The notes beneath the pieces are model-generated. The model made no database searches, was not told the origin of the DNA, and saw nothing but the letters and a program-made list of their open reading frames with translations. This document shows, one piece after another, positions 62,840 through 64,000 of a DNA stretch of 64,000 nt. This DNA is from Malacoraja senta (taxonomy: Eukaryota). Every line of letters starts with the position of its first letter. Position 1 is the first letter of the stretch. Where the stretch lies: contig CM075982.1 in NCBI GenBank assembly GCA_038087875.1, forward strand, positions 63,116,001 to 63,180,000, written 5' to 3'. The position numbers and the translations under genes are program-made.

Positions 62840-63625
62840 GGAGGACACAAAGCCTGCAAAGGAATATGAATAGATTAAGTGAATGAACAAAAAGTAAAAT
62901 GGAAGTTATCCCCTTTGGAAAATTGAAAAGGAAATAGATTATTTAAACTAAGAGACTATAAAATGTTGTGGTATGGAGAGATCTGGGAAACCTTGCAGAT
63001 GAAATACAAGAAGTGAGGCATTGCAAGTAATTTGGAAAGCTAATGAAACATTGTCTATGTTGCAAGATATGGAGTGTAAACATAGATAAGTGTTCATGCA
63101 AATTCACAAGGTGCCTCTGAAACTGGCCTTTGAGTAGTGTGTACAGCTGTGGCCTGCTTATGGATTGGAAACAACACAGCGGGTTCACCAAGTTGATTTG
63201 AGATGAAGCAGTTGACAAGAAGTTTAGCAGGTTGGGTCTATACTCATTGGAATGTAGAAGAACGAGAGGTGATCTTATTGATGTAAGGATCTGAAGGTGA
63301 TTGACAGGATGAAAGCTAAGAGGATGGTCCCTTTGTGGGAGTAACTGGAATAACTGGAAGAGGGGATCACCCATTTCAGACGTAGTCGAGATGTAGTGTT
63401 TTTTTCTCAGGGTTGCGAATCTTTGAAATTCTACTTTGGAGAGCTGTGGGGCCAGTCATTGAATATATTCAAGGAGAGACTGCCCTTTAATCTTGAAGAG
63501 ATTTGTGGGATATGGGGGAAAAGAGAAAAGATAGTATTGAGGCCAATATGGATCATTGATGATCACATTGAGCGAAGCACTGCCTCAAGGGATGAACAGA
63601 ACTACTCATGCTGTTTCTCATATTT
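62840..63625 (+). mobile_element. Decayed CR1 3' fragment
   Basis: ttgagtagtgtgtacag, gggttcaccaagttgatt, ggtctatactcattggaatgtagaagaacgagaggtgatcttattga. Confidence 0.7.
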
Positions 63626-64000
63626 TTGCTCTAATCAATGTTTTAATGCAAAAAGTATTACACGTCATTTGTTTTGTCTTTGATCTTTGCTGAATCTAAT
63701 ATGCTCAGCCATTTTTGCAGATTGAATCAAATTGTTTGAGCCTGCATTCTGTTATAATGGGGACCTCGAGGAGGCAACAGTTCTGGTTGGACCTGTATAT
63801 TGTTGAGGATCTAAAAGCTCATGGGAATTACATCTCTCATGATGAAGTTTAATTAGTCATTGTTATTCATCATTATACATAACAGGACTGCTGAGCTTAA
63901 ATCTGATCTGCTGATTTTGGTCCTGGTGATCTTTCTCTCTCTTTAGCATGATGCATCTGTTGTTTAGAACATAGAACAGTACATACAGGCCATGCACCTT

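Noticed and set aside
63715-63800. Possible next RIPOR3 exon (ttttgcag then IES...)
   Set aside because: Phase-0 reading IESNCLSLHSVIMGTSRRQQ does not follow the expected ESIDQ..LC.SD motif, and the other frames hit stops.

Overview
This is AT-rich, repeat-dense vertebrate genomic DNA. The repeat content (HE1-like V-SINEs, CR1 and Rex1/Babar LINEs, Penelope-derived repeats) suggests a cartilaginous fish, probably a skate or ray; the species is an inference. The window holds one + strand gene, RIPOR3 (FAM65C). I traced 19 GT-AG coding exons from the ATG at 3945 to 62748; their phases are consistent and they give 2766 nt / 922 codons. The last C-terminal exons lie beyond the window. Introns are filled with nested transposon remnants, and nearly all ORFs in the supplied track are spurious or TE fragments. 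The most notable signal the ORF track misses is a ~130-nt Penelope-type module, present in about 15 copies, whose head reads CTGAAGA-A-GGGTCTCGACCC-GAAACGTC. This is a minimal type I hammerhead ribozyme motif, found singly, in tandem and as inverted pairs. Other observations are a Tigger5/MER47-like MITE, Harbinger MITEs, a solo LTR, two TSD-flanked short retroposons and a Gypsy-like relic between 34-bp direct repeats. Exon coordinates were counted by hand. TE boundaries are approximate unless a TSD or TIR is given.
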